A stretch of DNA of 64,000 nucleotides, from NCBI GenBank assembly GCA_039804105.1, contig JBDRZU010000001.1, positions 1,184,001-1,248,000 on the forward strand, written 5' to 3'. Of the stretch, positions 53,043-64,000 are shown piece by piece (the stretch's first letter is position 1; every line of letters starts with the position of its first letter). The notes below the pieces were generated by a model, which ran no database searches, was not told the origin of the DNA, and was given only the letters and a program-made list of their open reading frames with translations. Position numbers and translations under genes: made by a program. The stretch is from a candidate division WOR-3 bacterium. GTDB taxonomy: Bacteria > Hydrothermota > 32-111.

Positions 53043-53626
53043 TTTTATCCTTTTAAAATTTGATTGATCTTTGACATTTTGAATTTTGTGGAAAGGCATC
53101 TTATGGATTAAGATACTAAGAGTATGTGGGGAATGCCTTGGCACAGATAGGCGATGAAGGACGTAGCAGGCTGCGATAAGCCTCGGGGAGCCGCCAAGCG
53201 GGCTTAGATCCGAGGATCTCCGAATGGGGAAACCTTATACGGTAAACCCGTATAGTCCATGAATGAATACATAGTTCATGGTCGCCAACTCAGGGAAGTG
53301 AAACATCTCAGTACCTGAAGGAAAAGAAAACAAAAGTGATTCCCTAAGTAGTGGTGAGCGAAAGGGGAAGAGCCCAAACCGAGATGTATGTAAGGCTGCA
53401 ACCGTTGTACATCCGGTGTTGTGGGACCTGATAGACCGAGTGCAGTGAGGTCAAAAGGTTACAAATTGTTTGATTAGCAGAACTTGTCTGGAATGGCAGG
53501 CCATAGAAGGTGAAAGCCCGGTATGCAAAAATCAAACAACCTTTTTCAGGTATCCCAAGTACCACGGGACACGTGAAATCTTGTGGGAATCTGGGAGGAC
53601 CACCTCCTAAGGCTAAATACTCATCT

Positions 53627-53674
<48 letters not shown>

Positions 53675-54284
53675 TGGCGGGGAGTGAAATAGAATCTGAA
53701 ACCACATACTTACAATCAGTTGGAGGGCTACATTTCGGGCAACCGAAATATGCCTGACAGCGTACCTTTTGCATAATGGACCGGCGAGTTACTCTATGTT
53801 GCGAGGTTAAGTGAAAGTAATCACGGAACCGTAGCGAAAGCGAGTCCGAATAGGGCGTTTAGTAGCATGGAGTAGACCCGAAGCTGAACGAGCTATCCAT
53901 GGCCAGAGTGAAGTCGGGGTAACACCCGATGGAGGCTCGAACTAGTAACCCTTTAAAAGGTTTTGGATGAGCTGTGGATGGGAGTGAAAGGCTTAACAAG
54001 TTCAGTGATAGCTGGTTCTCCCCGAAATAGCTTTAGGGCTAGCCTCGGATGGTCAGTATTGGGGGTAGAGCTCTGAAAAGGTTAGGGTGTCACAAGCATA
54101 CCGACCCTTATCAAACTACGAATCCTAATACTCAAAATCCGGGAGTCAGGCAGTGGGGGCTAAGCTTCATTGCCGAGAGGGAAACAACCCAGACCGTCAG
54201 TTAAGGTCCCAAAATATAGGCTAAGTGGTAAAGGATGTGAAATTACCCAGACAGCCAGGATGTTGGCTTAGAAGCAGCCATACA

Positions 54285-54318
<34 letters not shown>

Positions 54319-55098
54319 GTTTTGCGCCTAAAATTTAACGGGGCTTAAGCCTATTACCGAAACTGCGGAACAAGTTTTACTTGTTTGTAGGGGAGCGTTC
54401 TGTTGACGTTGAAGCGGTATCGCAAGGGGCCGTGGAGTTAACAGAAGTGAAAATGCCGGTATGAGTAGTGATAAAGCGGGCGAGAAACCCGCTCACCGAA
54501 AATCCAAGGTTTCCTGGGGAAGGTTAATCCTCCCAGGGTTAGTCGGTGCCTAAGGTGAGGCCGAAAGGCGTAATCGATGGACAACAGGTTAATATTCCTG
54601 TACCACCATTGTTTCGTTTGACTGAAGTGGGGGTGCAGAAGGGTAGACCTACCAGTTAGTGGATATACTGGGCCAAGCAGGTAGGAGGAAAGAGCAGGCA
54701 AATCCACTCTTTCGTTAACTCCGAGATGTGATGGCGAGCTCATTAGAGCGAAGTGGTTAATCCCATGCTGACAAGAAAAGCCACGTAGGGAGAAACGATG
54801 GTGACCGTACCGTAAACCGACACAGGTGGATGAGGAGAGAATCCTAAGGTGCTCGAGTTATCTCTCGTCAAGGAACTCGGCAATTTACCCCCGTAACTTC
54901 GGGAAATGGGGGACCTGACTTGGTGAAGGATTTACTCCGTAAGCTAAGTTGGGTCGCAGAGAAATGGCTCATGCGACTGTTTATCAAAAACACAGGACTC
55001 TGCAAAGTCGTGAAGACGACGTATAGGGTCTGACACCTGCCCGGTGCCGGAAGGTTAAGGGAAGAGGTCAGGTCAAGCAATTGGCCAAAGCTTTGAAC

Positions 55099-55872
<774 letters not shown>

Positions 55873-56115
55873 TATGAGCAGTGTCTCGACGAGAGGCTCG
55901 ACGAACATTGTAGTGGCGGTGAAGATGCCGCCTACCCGCAATCGGACAAAAAGACCCCGTGAACCTTTACTGCACCTTGATATTGGGTTTTGGTGAGGTA
56001 TGTGTAGGATAGGTGGGAGGCTGTGAAGCCGGGGCGTCAGCTTCGGTGGAGCCAACGGTGAAATACCACCCTTATCTTATTGAAATTCTAACTTGCTCCT
56101 GTAAGCCAGGGCAAG

Positions 56116-56150
<35 letters not shown>

Positions 56151-56296
56151 TCCTCCTAAAAGGTAACGGAGGAGCACGAAGGTTCCCTCAATGCGGTTGG
56201 TAATCGCATGTAGAGCGCAAAGGTATAAGGGAGCTTAACTGTGAGATCGACGGATCGAGCAGGAACGAAAGTTGGTCTTAGTGATCCGGTGGTTCC

Positions 56297-56353
<57 letters not shown>

Positions 56354-56366
56354 TCCCCCAAGAGTC

Positions 56367-56439
<73 letters not shown>

Positions 56440-56460
56440 GGTCTGTTCGCCCATTAAAGT

Positions 56461-56503
<43 letters not shown>

Positions 56504-56843
56504 GTATCCATTGTGGGCGTATGAAATCTGAGGGTGTGCTGTCCCTAGTACGAAAGGACCGGGATGGGCAAACCTCCTGTGTACCAGTTGTCACGCCAGT
56601 GGCAGCGCTGGGTAGCAGTGTTTGTTCAGGATAACCGCTGAAAGCATCTAAGCGGGAAACCTACCCCAAGATAAGATTTCACTCCAGGTTTTCCTGGCGA
56701 AGGCTCCTGGGAGACTACCAGGTTGATAGGCTGCAAGTGTAAGTGCGGTAACGCATTCAGCTGAGCAGTACTAATAGGCCGAGAGTCTTAATCCTTAAGT
56801 TGTCTTTCTACAAATTCAAATGTCTTTAAATGTTATATAAATT

Positions 56844-56960
<117 letters not shown>

Positions 56961-57029
56961 TTTTTTATTTTTTATATCCATTTTTATTAAATCAATACCC
57001 AAAATTTTATGTAAATAAGGAGAATATGA

Positions 57030-57503
57030 ATGTCACCATTAAAATATGAAGCATTTTTTATTACTCCAGAAAATTTTCTTGTTCCTGTACAGAGAAATCA
57101 TATAGATGTGATCTGTGACCATCCTGAAATTTTTGGGTTTACTTTTGAGTATGTAAAAAATATTTTTCAAAAATATAATGAACCTTTAAAAAGCGAATTT
57201 CAGGCAAGAAAAGAACTTTTGAAAGAAATATTCGAAAAAGGTTATATCAGATTAAGATTTAAAGTAAAGCAGGATTGTTATTGGGAAATAGAACTTTTGA
57301 GTATAGATTGTGAAAAACAGAAAGAACAGATAGTTGCCTGGGCAAAAAAAATGATCTCTGATAAAAATTTTGGTGCTGATATAAACACTCCTGTTAGGGT
57401 TATTGGGAATGAAAAATGTTGGAATGAGTTTGAAAATCTTACATTGTTTGAACTTTCCAGACAGGAAAGTAGAATGGAATTGAAAATTTTGGATATTTCT
57501 TGA
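57030..57503 (+). CDS. Hypothetical protein
   Basis: AAGGAG upstream; host-like codon usage. Confidence 0.6.
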   Translation: MSPLKYEAFFITPENFLVPVQRNHIDVICDHPEIFGFTFEYVKNIFQKYNEPLKSEFQARKELLKEIFEKGYIRLRFKVKQDCYWEIELLSIDCEKQKEQIVAWAKKMISDKNFGADINTPVRVIGNEKCWNEFENLTLFELSRQESRMELKILDIS

Positions 57504-57539
57504 TCTGGAAAATTTTCTTATACTTTTAAAGTTTTCACA

Positions 57540-58730
57540 TTATCTTTTTGTTTTCATAATAAAAATTATAGAAAATAAACTACCTGAAAGAGATGTTAAA
57601 ATTGTAATTCCTCTGGAATTTATTCTTAAATTTGAAAAGATTACAACTGCGAAAATAAAAAAGGTAAAAAAGACAAAAAATAATAAAATTTTTAAATATC
57701 TAAAATTTAAAAATTTATCTGAAAAATGTAAAGGGATCAGAGAAGAAACAAGAAAAACAAAAAAAACATAATTTACAATAGTCAAAACAAATCTAAATTT
57801 TTCATAAAAGTTTATATTGTTTTCTGTAATTAAATAGAAGGAATGATACCCTGAGAAAGATGCCCAGAATTCAGGAATCAAACTTAATAAATATTGAAAT
57901 TTTTTGTTTAGATTTAATGATTTTGAATCTAAAAGAATATTGCTTCCATAACTCAAAAATTCAATTTTTTTGTTACAACTTAAATCATTCAATAATTGTT
58001 CCATATTTTTGATATCTTCTAATTTTTCAAACTCATAAGAATGAATATTAACTACAATCATTACATTTTTTAATCTCACATTAAAATTTTTTTGAAAAAT
58101 TTCCTTCACTTCTTTTATCGTTGTAGTAAGAGGAAGATATTTAATATCTGAATTGATAGAAAAACCTCTGATTCCCGCAGATATAGTTTTAAAACCTGTC
58201 TTCTCCATAGCAATGATCGTATTTGAATCATATCCATTCCATGGGGGAATAAAAATTTGAATTTTCCTTTCAGTTATAGATTCTAAAAAAATTTTCCCTT
58301 CATTTAACATTTTAATTTGTGTATCAAGAGGCAAATAGTTAAATTCATATTTAAATCTTCTATCAAAAGAATTATTTTTATGTGTATGTCCATGTAAAGC
58401 AAAAGTGAAAAAATCTACATTTTTGTATTCTGAAATCAAACTTATTTTTTTCTGATTGATTGGTTCAATTCTATTATTTTCGTCCATTGTGAAAGGAACT
58501 ACTCCGACTATAAGAGGAATGGAAAGTTTTGAAAAAGTTTCAAATACTTTTTCTTCAACTCTTATATTGGAGTTATCGGAATAGTCATCCATTCTAAACA
58601 CAAGATTTATCTTTTTATTGTTATTGGATGTGTTTATAAGAAATACCTGAATTAGAATCGAAAAAAACAATATTATAATAAAAACTTTTTTTAAAAAGAA
58701 ATTTGACATTTTTTGATCATTTAACCTCAA
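57540..58730 (-). CDS. Membrane-anchored polysaccharide deacetylase-like protein (DUF2334-type)
   Basis: FRMDD, LHGHTH, FIPPWN motifs; TM segments at both ends; start uncertain. Confidence 0.7.
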   Translation of the reverse strand: MRLNDQKMSNFFLKKVFIIILFFSILIQVFLINTSNNNKKINLVFRMDDYSDNSNIRVEEKVFETFSKLSIPLIVGVVPFTMDENNRIEPINQKKISLISEYKNVDFFTFALHGHTHKNNSFDRRFKYEFNYLPLDTQIKMLNEGKIFLESITERKIQIFIPPWNGYDSNTIIAMEKTGFKTISAGIRGFSINSDIKYLPLTTTIKEVKEIFQKNFNVRLKNVMIVVNIHSYEFEKLEDIKNMEQLLNDLSCNKKIEFLSYGSNILLDSKSLNLNKKFQYLLSLIPEFWASFSGYHSFYLITENNINFYEKFRFVLTIVNYVFFVFLVSSLIPLHFSDKFLNFRYLKILLFFVFFTFFIFAVVIFSNLRINSRGITILTSLSGSLFSIIFIMKTKR

Positions 58731-58771
58731 TTTTTATGAACTTAAGTTTTTATAAGATCTACAATTTGACA

Positions 58772-58800
58772 AAAATGTCAAAAAGTCAAGCACCGTCCCC
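58772..58800 (-). repeat. Dispersed 29-bp element, copy 3
   Basis: Identical to copies 1 and 2; supplies the GDGA-stop of ORF 58786..59370. Confidence 0.95.
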
Positions 58801-59370
58801 ATTATTGAATTTTCTGTCGAGGAGGAGGAGGAAGGTGTCGAAGACAGAGTCGTTAAAGTTGTCGTTTGTGATTCTTAATCGTTTACCTGAAAAAATTGTG
58901 ATCTGTGAAAACAGGTACCTGTTTGCTTTTCCCCCAAGTAGAATGTTTACTATCTTTCTATTGATTTTTTCAAATCTGTCTATACCTGTTATTTCACTAT
59001 AAGGGATAAACTCTTCTTTTAAATTTTTACCTCTTTTTAAGAAGATACCTTTATCTGTTAAAAAAACAACTCTTATACCCTTCGTTTCCCAGACGATTTG
59101 ATCGATTATCATATAGATCACAAAAATTATAAAAATTACTGTGAGTGCGTGTTTTGTATACAACAATCTTATTTTCATCAGATTAAAGATGAAAAATCCA
59201 GCAATTATTGTTACAACAACCTTTACAAAAAGTTGCATCGGCAGAGAATCTGATCCCATCGCAAAAAAAGCACCTTCTGGAACATTATCTGTTAATACAG
59301 ATCTTTTTCTACCTGAATAGTTATTTTCGTCTTTCAGTATATAACCGTTATTATCAGTAAAGATTATCAT
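58786..59370 (-). CDS. Hypothetical membrane protein
   Basis: Two TM helices followed by a soluble domain. Confidence 0.6.
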   Translation of the reverse strand: MIIFTDNNGYILKDENNYSGRKRSVLTDNVPEGAFFAMGSDSLPMQLFVKVVVTIIAGFFIFNLMKIRLLYTKHALTVIFIIFVIYMIIDQIVWETKGIRVVFLTDKGIFLKRGKNLKEEFIPYSEITGIDRFEKINRKIVNILLGGKANRYLFSQITIFSGKRLRITNDNFNDSVFDTFLLLLDRKFNNGDGA

Positions 59371-59388
59371 AAATAAATTTGTTTTTCA

Positions 59389-60255
59389 TCATAAAAATTT
59401 ATAAGTCAGGCCTATTCCTAAAATCTCCTTCATTCTTACTTTGCTGTCGATTTCTTTGTCGTAAAGCACCAAAAAGTTAAAGTTTACTGAAATGTATTGA
59501 TATATTTTAACATTCACGATATTATCAAATGAAACATCTACCATTTTCCAGTAATCCTGCTGAGGTGTTCCAACAAGTTCATCCGCTTTTGAATTAAATA
59601 GTGCTTTATAAAGGTTTAATTTGAAAGTGTAATTTGCATACTCCTTTAAAGGAACAAATCCTTCTGTCACGAACTCAAAACCACCATCGACTCTTGTGTC
59701 AATACCTCTTGAAAGAGTTATACTATCTTTTATAGCATTTCGGTTGATACTCTGTTTAAAAGCACCACCAAATCTTGATGAGATTTCCAATTTTTCCTTT
59801 TTGTATAATACTCTTGCAACACCAAGTCCTTCTGTGAATTTTAAGGGATTTATAAAACATGTTTTTAAAGTATCTGATTCATCAATAAATTGGGATTCCA
59901 TCCTCACAGAAACGAATGGATCAACAAGAAAGTTCAACAAGAATCTTTCTACAGATTCAATATCTATTATATCGGATGACTTGAAGAAATCACTCCATAC
60001 AGTATCAATTTTTGTTGAACTCTGTCCAAACGAAAGTTTTACTTTGTTGGTGCTGTTTAAAAAAGTGTAGATATCTTTTGAGAATAAACCATTTCCATTT
60101 GCAGTCCAGTTAAGATTTGATGATTCTTTTCCGTCCCAATTATCGGAGTAATTATTAAAACTTAATATTAAAGAACCATCAAAAGATTTTTGCCATCCCT
60201 GAGAAAACAACATTAACGAAAAGGCTAAGATCAAAATTATAAAAAATTTTTTCAT
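59389..60255 (-). CDS. DUF3078-like outer membrane beta-barrel
   Basis: YSDNWDG, LSFGQ, KSSD; C-terminal LGIGLTYKFL. Confidence 0.7.
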   Translation of the reverse strand: MKKFFIILILAFSLMLFSQGWQKSFDGSLILSFNNYSDNWDGKESSNLNWTANGNGLFSKDIYTFLNSTNKVKLSFGQSSTKIDTVWSDFFKSSDIIDIESVERFLLNFLVDPFVSVRMESQFIDESDTLKTCFINPLKFTEGLGVARVLYKKEKLEISSRFGGAFKQSINRNAIKDSITLSRGIDTRVDGGFEFVTEGFVPLKEYANYTFKLNLYKALFNSKADELVGTPQQDYWKMVDVSFDNIVNVKIYQYISVNFNFLVLYDKEIDSKVRMKEILGIGLTYKFL

Positions 60256-60269
60256 TTTTTCTCCTAATT

Positions 60270-60704
60270 TTATTTTAATTCAGATGTGCAGTTTGGACAT
60301 CTTGTTGCTTTGATGTTGATCTGAGAGAAGCAATACGGACATTCCTTTGTTGATACAGGTTTTGGTTCCTCTTTTTTTCTGTTGAGTTTGTTTATCTGTT
60401 TTATCAAAAGGAACATTACAAGAGAAACTATAACAAAATCTATCAAAACGTTTATGAAAACTCCATAATTTAAGGTTGCTGCACCAGCTGCTTTTGCCTC
60501 CTGTAAAGATTTATATCCTTTTCCGGAAAGGTCTATAAAAAGATTTGAAAAATCAACTTTTCCAAGTAAAAGCCCAAGAGGTGGCATCAGAATATCGTTT
60601 ACAAGGGATGTAATTATTTTTCCAAAAGCGGATCCAAGAATAATACCAACTGCAAGATCGAGCATGTTTCCTTTTAAAGCAAACTCTTTGAACTCTTTGA
60701 ACAT
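60270..60704 (-). CDS. mscL: Large-conductance mechanosensitive channel with C-terminal zinc ribbon
   Basis: [34 protein letters not shown]. Confidence 0.95.
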   Translation of the reverse strand: MFKEFKEFALKGNMLDLAVGIILGSAFGKIITSLVNDILMPPLGLLLGKVDFSNLFIDLSGKGYKSLQEAKAAGAATLNYGVFINVLIDFVIVSLVMFLLIKQINKLNRKKEEPKPVSTKECPYCFSQINIKATRCPNCTSELK

Positions 60705-60721
60705 TTTTCCCTCCTTACAAT

Positions 60722-61102
60722 TTAAAAGTAAATGATGATATTGTTATTTTCATCGATTTTATAATTTTTAAAATAGTTCTGGTTTTCCTTCAAAAAACTT
60801 TTTACACTTTCAAAAAGAACAGGTTCTTCAAGAGAATGTTTTCCTTTACCACATATCAGTTTTAGTTTTTTTAAATTTTCTTTTTTTGCTGATTTCAATA
60901 TTATTAAAACCTTTTCCAGAGCTTCATTTTTTGTATATTTATGTAGATCAACAGTTTTTGTTTTTCTATCATAATTATAATTTTCATCTTTATTTTTTAC
61001 AGGATATCTGTTTAAAAGTTCCTCAAACTTTTTATAATTTTTTTCTTCTCCCATGAACTCGATTATACCTGGTTTCACTTTTTTTTCAACAAATTTTGCC
61101 AT
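60722..61102 (-). CDS. Smr domain protein
   Basis: [15 protein letters not shown]. Confidence 0.8.
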   Translation of the reverse strand: MAKFVEKKVKPGIIEFMGEEKNYKKFEELLNRYPVKNKDENYNYDRKTKTVDLHKYTKNEALEKVLIILKSAKKENLKKLKLICGKGKHSLEEPVLFESVKSFLKENQNYFKNYKIDENNNIIIYF

Positions 61103-62148
61103 TCTGCTAACTTTTGTTTGAAGAGTTCTTCATCGGGTGAGAGTTCAACAGCCTTTTTTTCTGCCTCGATCGCTTTTTTGATATTTTTCATCCTGAAATA
61201 TATCTCTCCAAGAGTGTCCCATATATTTGCATCATCATTTTTCAAACCTATCGCTTTTTTTGCGTATTCAAGCGCCTTTTCAAGTTTAAAATTATTTATA
61301 GCCATTTCCCATGCAACAGAGTTGAACATATCAGCACTTTGAGGATATTTTTCCAAAATTTTGGATACCCTTTTAAAACTCTCCTCTGCTTTTTGTTCTT
61401 TTTTCTCTTTCAAAGCATCTATCGTTATTCTTATGTATGAACTCACAAGAAATGTTTCCTCATTTAAGTAGTATAATCTTTCAAGTTCTTCAATTGGTTT
61501 TTCACTGTCATCAACTCTTATATCTATCATTCGATCATCGAATCCAGAGTACCCTCCATTTTTTGAAACAACGAGAAGTGCGGCACTCTGCATGCCTCTG
61601 CTATCACCACCCGCTTTTTGACCCGCCTTCAATGCCTCAATCAGTTTAATGGCAAGTGTGCCAGAACTGTTTTCAAAAGCAAAAGCCATACTTTTTAAAA
61701 CATCTTCTGATGCGAGGATATTCCCCTGAACTGTAAAATTTTTTCCAACTATATGACCGGCATAATATGAACAGTTTTTTCCTGTATAAGCGTAAGCGTT
61801 TCCGTATTTATCGACAACTCCTATCTGTCTATATGCAGAATCAGGATCATCTTTGATCAAAAGTTCTATCACCTCTTTTGCACTATAACCTTCAGAAAAG
61901 AGTTTTATCGCTTTTTCTTTGAAAGTCGTATTTCCCCATGCCTGTGTTGCAATAGCACCGTAATATGCTTTTGCCTGAGGGACAACTGCTCCAACAGCGA
62001 AAAATTTTGACTGAACAGCAACACCCCATTCTTCCATCAAACTATCGTATGCAACGATAGAAAAAGTAGCAATATTTTGTGTTCTATCAAAAGCAAACAG
62101 GAGAAAAAAGATAAAAATAATGATCAAAACAAAAGAAATTTTTCTCAT
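61075..62148 (-). CDS. DUF1028 (Ntn-hydrolase-like) protein with TPRs
   Basis: ATFSIVA, GAIATQA, VQGNIL, GGDSRG.QSAAL; WDTLGEIY TPR. Confidence 0.85.
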   Translation of the reverse strand: MRKISFVLIIIFIFFLLFAFDRTQNIATFSIVAYDSLMEEWGVAVQSKFFAVGAVVPQAKAYYGAIATQAWGNTTFKEKAIKLFSEGYSAKEVIELLIKDDPDSAYRQIGVVDKYGNAYAYTGKNCSYYAGHIVGKNFTVQGNILASEDVLKSMAFAFENSSGTLAIKLIEALKAGQKAGGDSRGMQSAALLVVSKNGGYSGFDDRMIDIRVDDSEKPIEELERLYYLNEETFLVSSYIRITIDALKEKKEQKAEESFKRVSKILEKYPQSADMFNSVAWEMAINNFKLEKALEYAKKAIGLKNDDANIWDTLGEIYFRMKNIKKAIEAEKKAVELSPDEELFKQKLAEWQNLLKKK

Positions 62149-63044
62149 ATCTCCTCCAGAATATTTTTTTTGATCCAGAAAATTATATCATCATAAACTT
62201 CGTATCTGTTGGTTTCATTTAAAAGTTCATGTCTTCTGTTTTCGTAAAATTTTATTGAAACATTTTTCAGTCCAGATTTCTTGTAAAGATTAAAACTTTC
62301 AAGAACCCCTTTTCCAAAATTTCCAACAGGATCATCTTTCCCCGAGATAAAAAGTACTGGAAGGTTTTTATCCGTTTTCTTAATATTTTCGAATTTACTC
62401 AATCTGAAGTACCCCAGAATCATGTCAAGAAAAAATGCTGATGAAACCGGGACTCCACAGTATGGATCATTTTTATAATCTAATACTTTTTCTTTATCTG
62501 AACTTAACCATGAAAACATTTTTTCCTCATCATTAAAACGAAGGTTGTAAGAACCAAATTGCAGATAAAACAAAGTTTTACTTAAATGTTTTTTACCAAA
62601 AAAAGATGTTTCAAAAAGCGATATTACGAGTGCAACGATCTCATTGATAAAAGGTTTACCGTTAGCACCCGATAGAATGAGCCCATCAATACCTTTATAC
62701 TTTTGAACATATCTCCTTGCAAGCATAGATCCCATACTATGACCTAAAAGTACAACCTTTTTTGATCGATTCTCTTTTCGTATTATACCGTTCAAAAGAA
62801 AAATATCATCAACGAGTTTTTCCCATACTTTGAGATTGTCATAGCATCCAGTTACACCGTTTATACTGTTTTCTCCAAAACCATAATGATCGTTGATGTA
62901 AACTGCAAAATTGTTTTTTATAAGATAGTCGATAAATTCATAATATCTTCTTTTGTGCTCAACGAGTCCATGTGATATCTGGATGACAACATCATAACCT
63001 TTTTCAGGGATAAATTTTTCATAAAGTAAATTTTTTATTTTCAT
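62145..63044 (-). CDS. Alpha/beta hydrolase (lysophospholipase-like)
   Basis: HGLVEH..RY, GHSMG, DDPV, RHELLNE. Confidence 0.88.
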   Translation of the reverse strand: MKIKNLLYEKFIPEKGYDVVIQISHGLVEHKRRYYEFIDYLIKNNFAVYINDHYGFGENSINGVTGCYDNLKVWEKLVDDIFLLNGIIRKENRSKKVVLLGHSMGSMLARRYVQKYKGIDGLILSGANGKPFINEIVALVISLFETSFFGKKHLSKTLFYLQFGSYNLRFNDEEKMFSWLSSDKEKVLDYKNDPYCGVPVSSAFFLDMILGYFRLSKFENIKKTDKNLPVLFISGKDDPVGNFGKGVLESFNLYKKSGLKNVSIKFYENRRHELLNETNRYEVYDDIIFWIKKNILEEI

Positions 63045-63090
63045 TTTCTTAATTATAATCTGTGAAATTTTTTTTTCAACAAATCAAAAG

Positions 63091-63129
63091 ATTACAAAAT
63101 TTTAACATCAAATTAACATTTTCTTAACA
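63091..63129 (+). promoter_or_regulatory. Pho-box-like direct repeats
   Basis: ATTACA, TTAACA, TTAACA, TTAACA at 63091, 63102, 63113, 63124 (11-bp period). Confidence 0.6.
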
Positions 63130-63172
63130 TTTTCAAATTACATTAAGATAAATTAGATAAAAAGGAGAAAAA

Positions 63173-63934
63173 ATGAAATTGTGTCATATATCGGATTTCC
63201 ATTTTTCATCGAACTATTTGGTAAAATATGGCGAAAAAGTTCTCTACTATCTGGACAAGATTAGACCCGATTTTGTTGTTATCACTGGAGATCTAACAGA
63301 CAATGGTTACTATGAAGAGTTTCTCGATGCAAAAAAGTATATAGATAAAATAAGCTGTGAAAATGTTTTGACTGTTATGGGAAACCATGATGCAAGAAAT
63401 GGTGGTTATGAAATTTTTGAGGAAATTTTTAAGACAAGATACCCTGTTGTGGAGAGTAGAAATTTGATAATACTTGGAATCGATTCATCTGAACCAGATA
63501 TCGATGAAGGGCATATCGGTAGAGCAAACTATTCTTACATTGAAGAGAAACTAAAAAAAGAGAAAAATTGTAAAATAATCGCTTTACATCATCACCTGAT
63601 ACCGATACCAAAGACCGGAAGGGAGAGACATATCCCTGTTGATAGTGGGGATTTCTTGAAACTTATCGATGATCTTCAAGTCGATATTGTTCTTTCGGGA
63701 CATAAACATAACCAGTGGATCTGGAGGTTAAACAATACGATATTTGTCACATGTGGAACATCAACTTCAAAAAAACTGAAAGGAAAAGGTTATCAGAGTT
63801 TTAATCTAATAGAAGTCGAAAAAGAGTTTATTTCAATAGATGAAATAAATCTTACAAACGATGAGAAAAGATCTATAAGTTACAACAGAAAAAATAAAGT
63901 TGATTACCTTTATATCAAATATAAAGTGTTTTAA
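63173..63934 (+). CDS. Calcineurin-like metallophosphoesterase
   Basis: SDFH, TGDL, GNHD, HHH, GHKH. Confidence 0.92.
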   Translation: MKLCHISDFHFSSNYLVKYGEKVLYYLDKIRPDFVVITGDLTDNGYYEEFLDAKKYIDKISCENVLTVMGNHDARNGGYEIFEEIFKTRYPVVESRNLIILGIDSSEPDIDEGHIGRANYSYIEEKLKKEKNCKIIALHHHLIPIPKTGRERHIPVDSGDFLKLIDDLQVDIVLSGHKHNQWIWRLNNTIFVTCGTSTSKKLKGKGYQSFNLIEVEKEFISIDEINLTNDEKRSISYNRKNKVDYLYIKYKVF

Positions 63935-64000
63935 ATTGACATAGTTTTAAAATCCTCTATCATATCCTTTATATGAAATTGATAGAAGACAAAGTTTTTT

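Noticed and set aside
58707..58730. GAGGT-led out-of-frame ATG (58720) beside an A6 tract as a second phase switch
   Set aside because: Short A-runs are ubiquitous here and an in-frame ATG at 58709 is available.

Overview
AT-rich chromosomal window from a diderm bacterium. Several secreted proteins with T9SS-type C-terminal domains suggest an FCB-related candidate lineage such as WOR-3/TA06 (inference, not a search result). The window spans the replication origin region (dnaA-oriC-dnaN, PBP1A, rsmG, perfect parS, parAB, three tandem M42 peptidases). It also holds a surface-polysaccharide cluster, uvrC, an ABC exporter, tldD/pmbA, a DtxR-feoABC operon, groESL, mnmG, three large secreted proteins, and a 23S-5S rRNA unit with no 16S, whose 23S carries a group I intron at position 1917 with a LAGLIDADG endonuclease. 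Main unexplained signals: (1) an identical 29-bp non-palindromic element, GGGGACGGTGCTTGACTTTTTGACATTTT, in 3 copies, always sense-oriented at a gene 3' end and preceded by a short zone of C-ending codons, suggesting motif-anchored strand-specific mutagenesis; (2) an (AAGAG)5 tract that holds a 1,085-codon secreted-protein frame out of frame with its start (candidate phase-variation switch, OFF here); (3) a ~4-kb G/A-skewed mosaic block that starts mid-gene. All counts were made by hand; no database searches were run.
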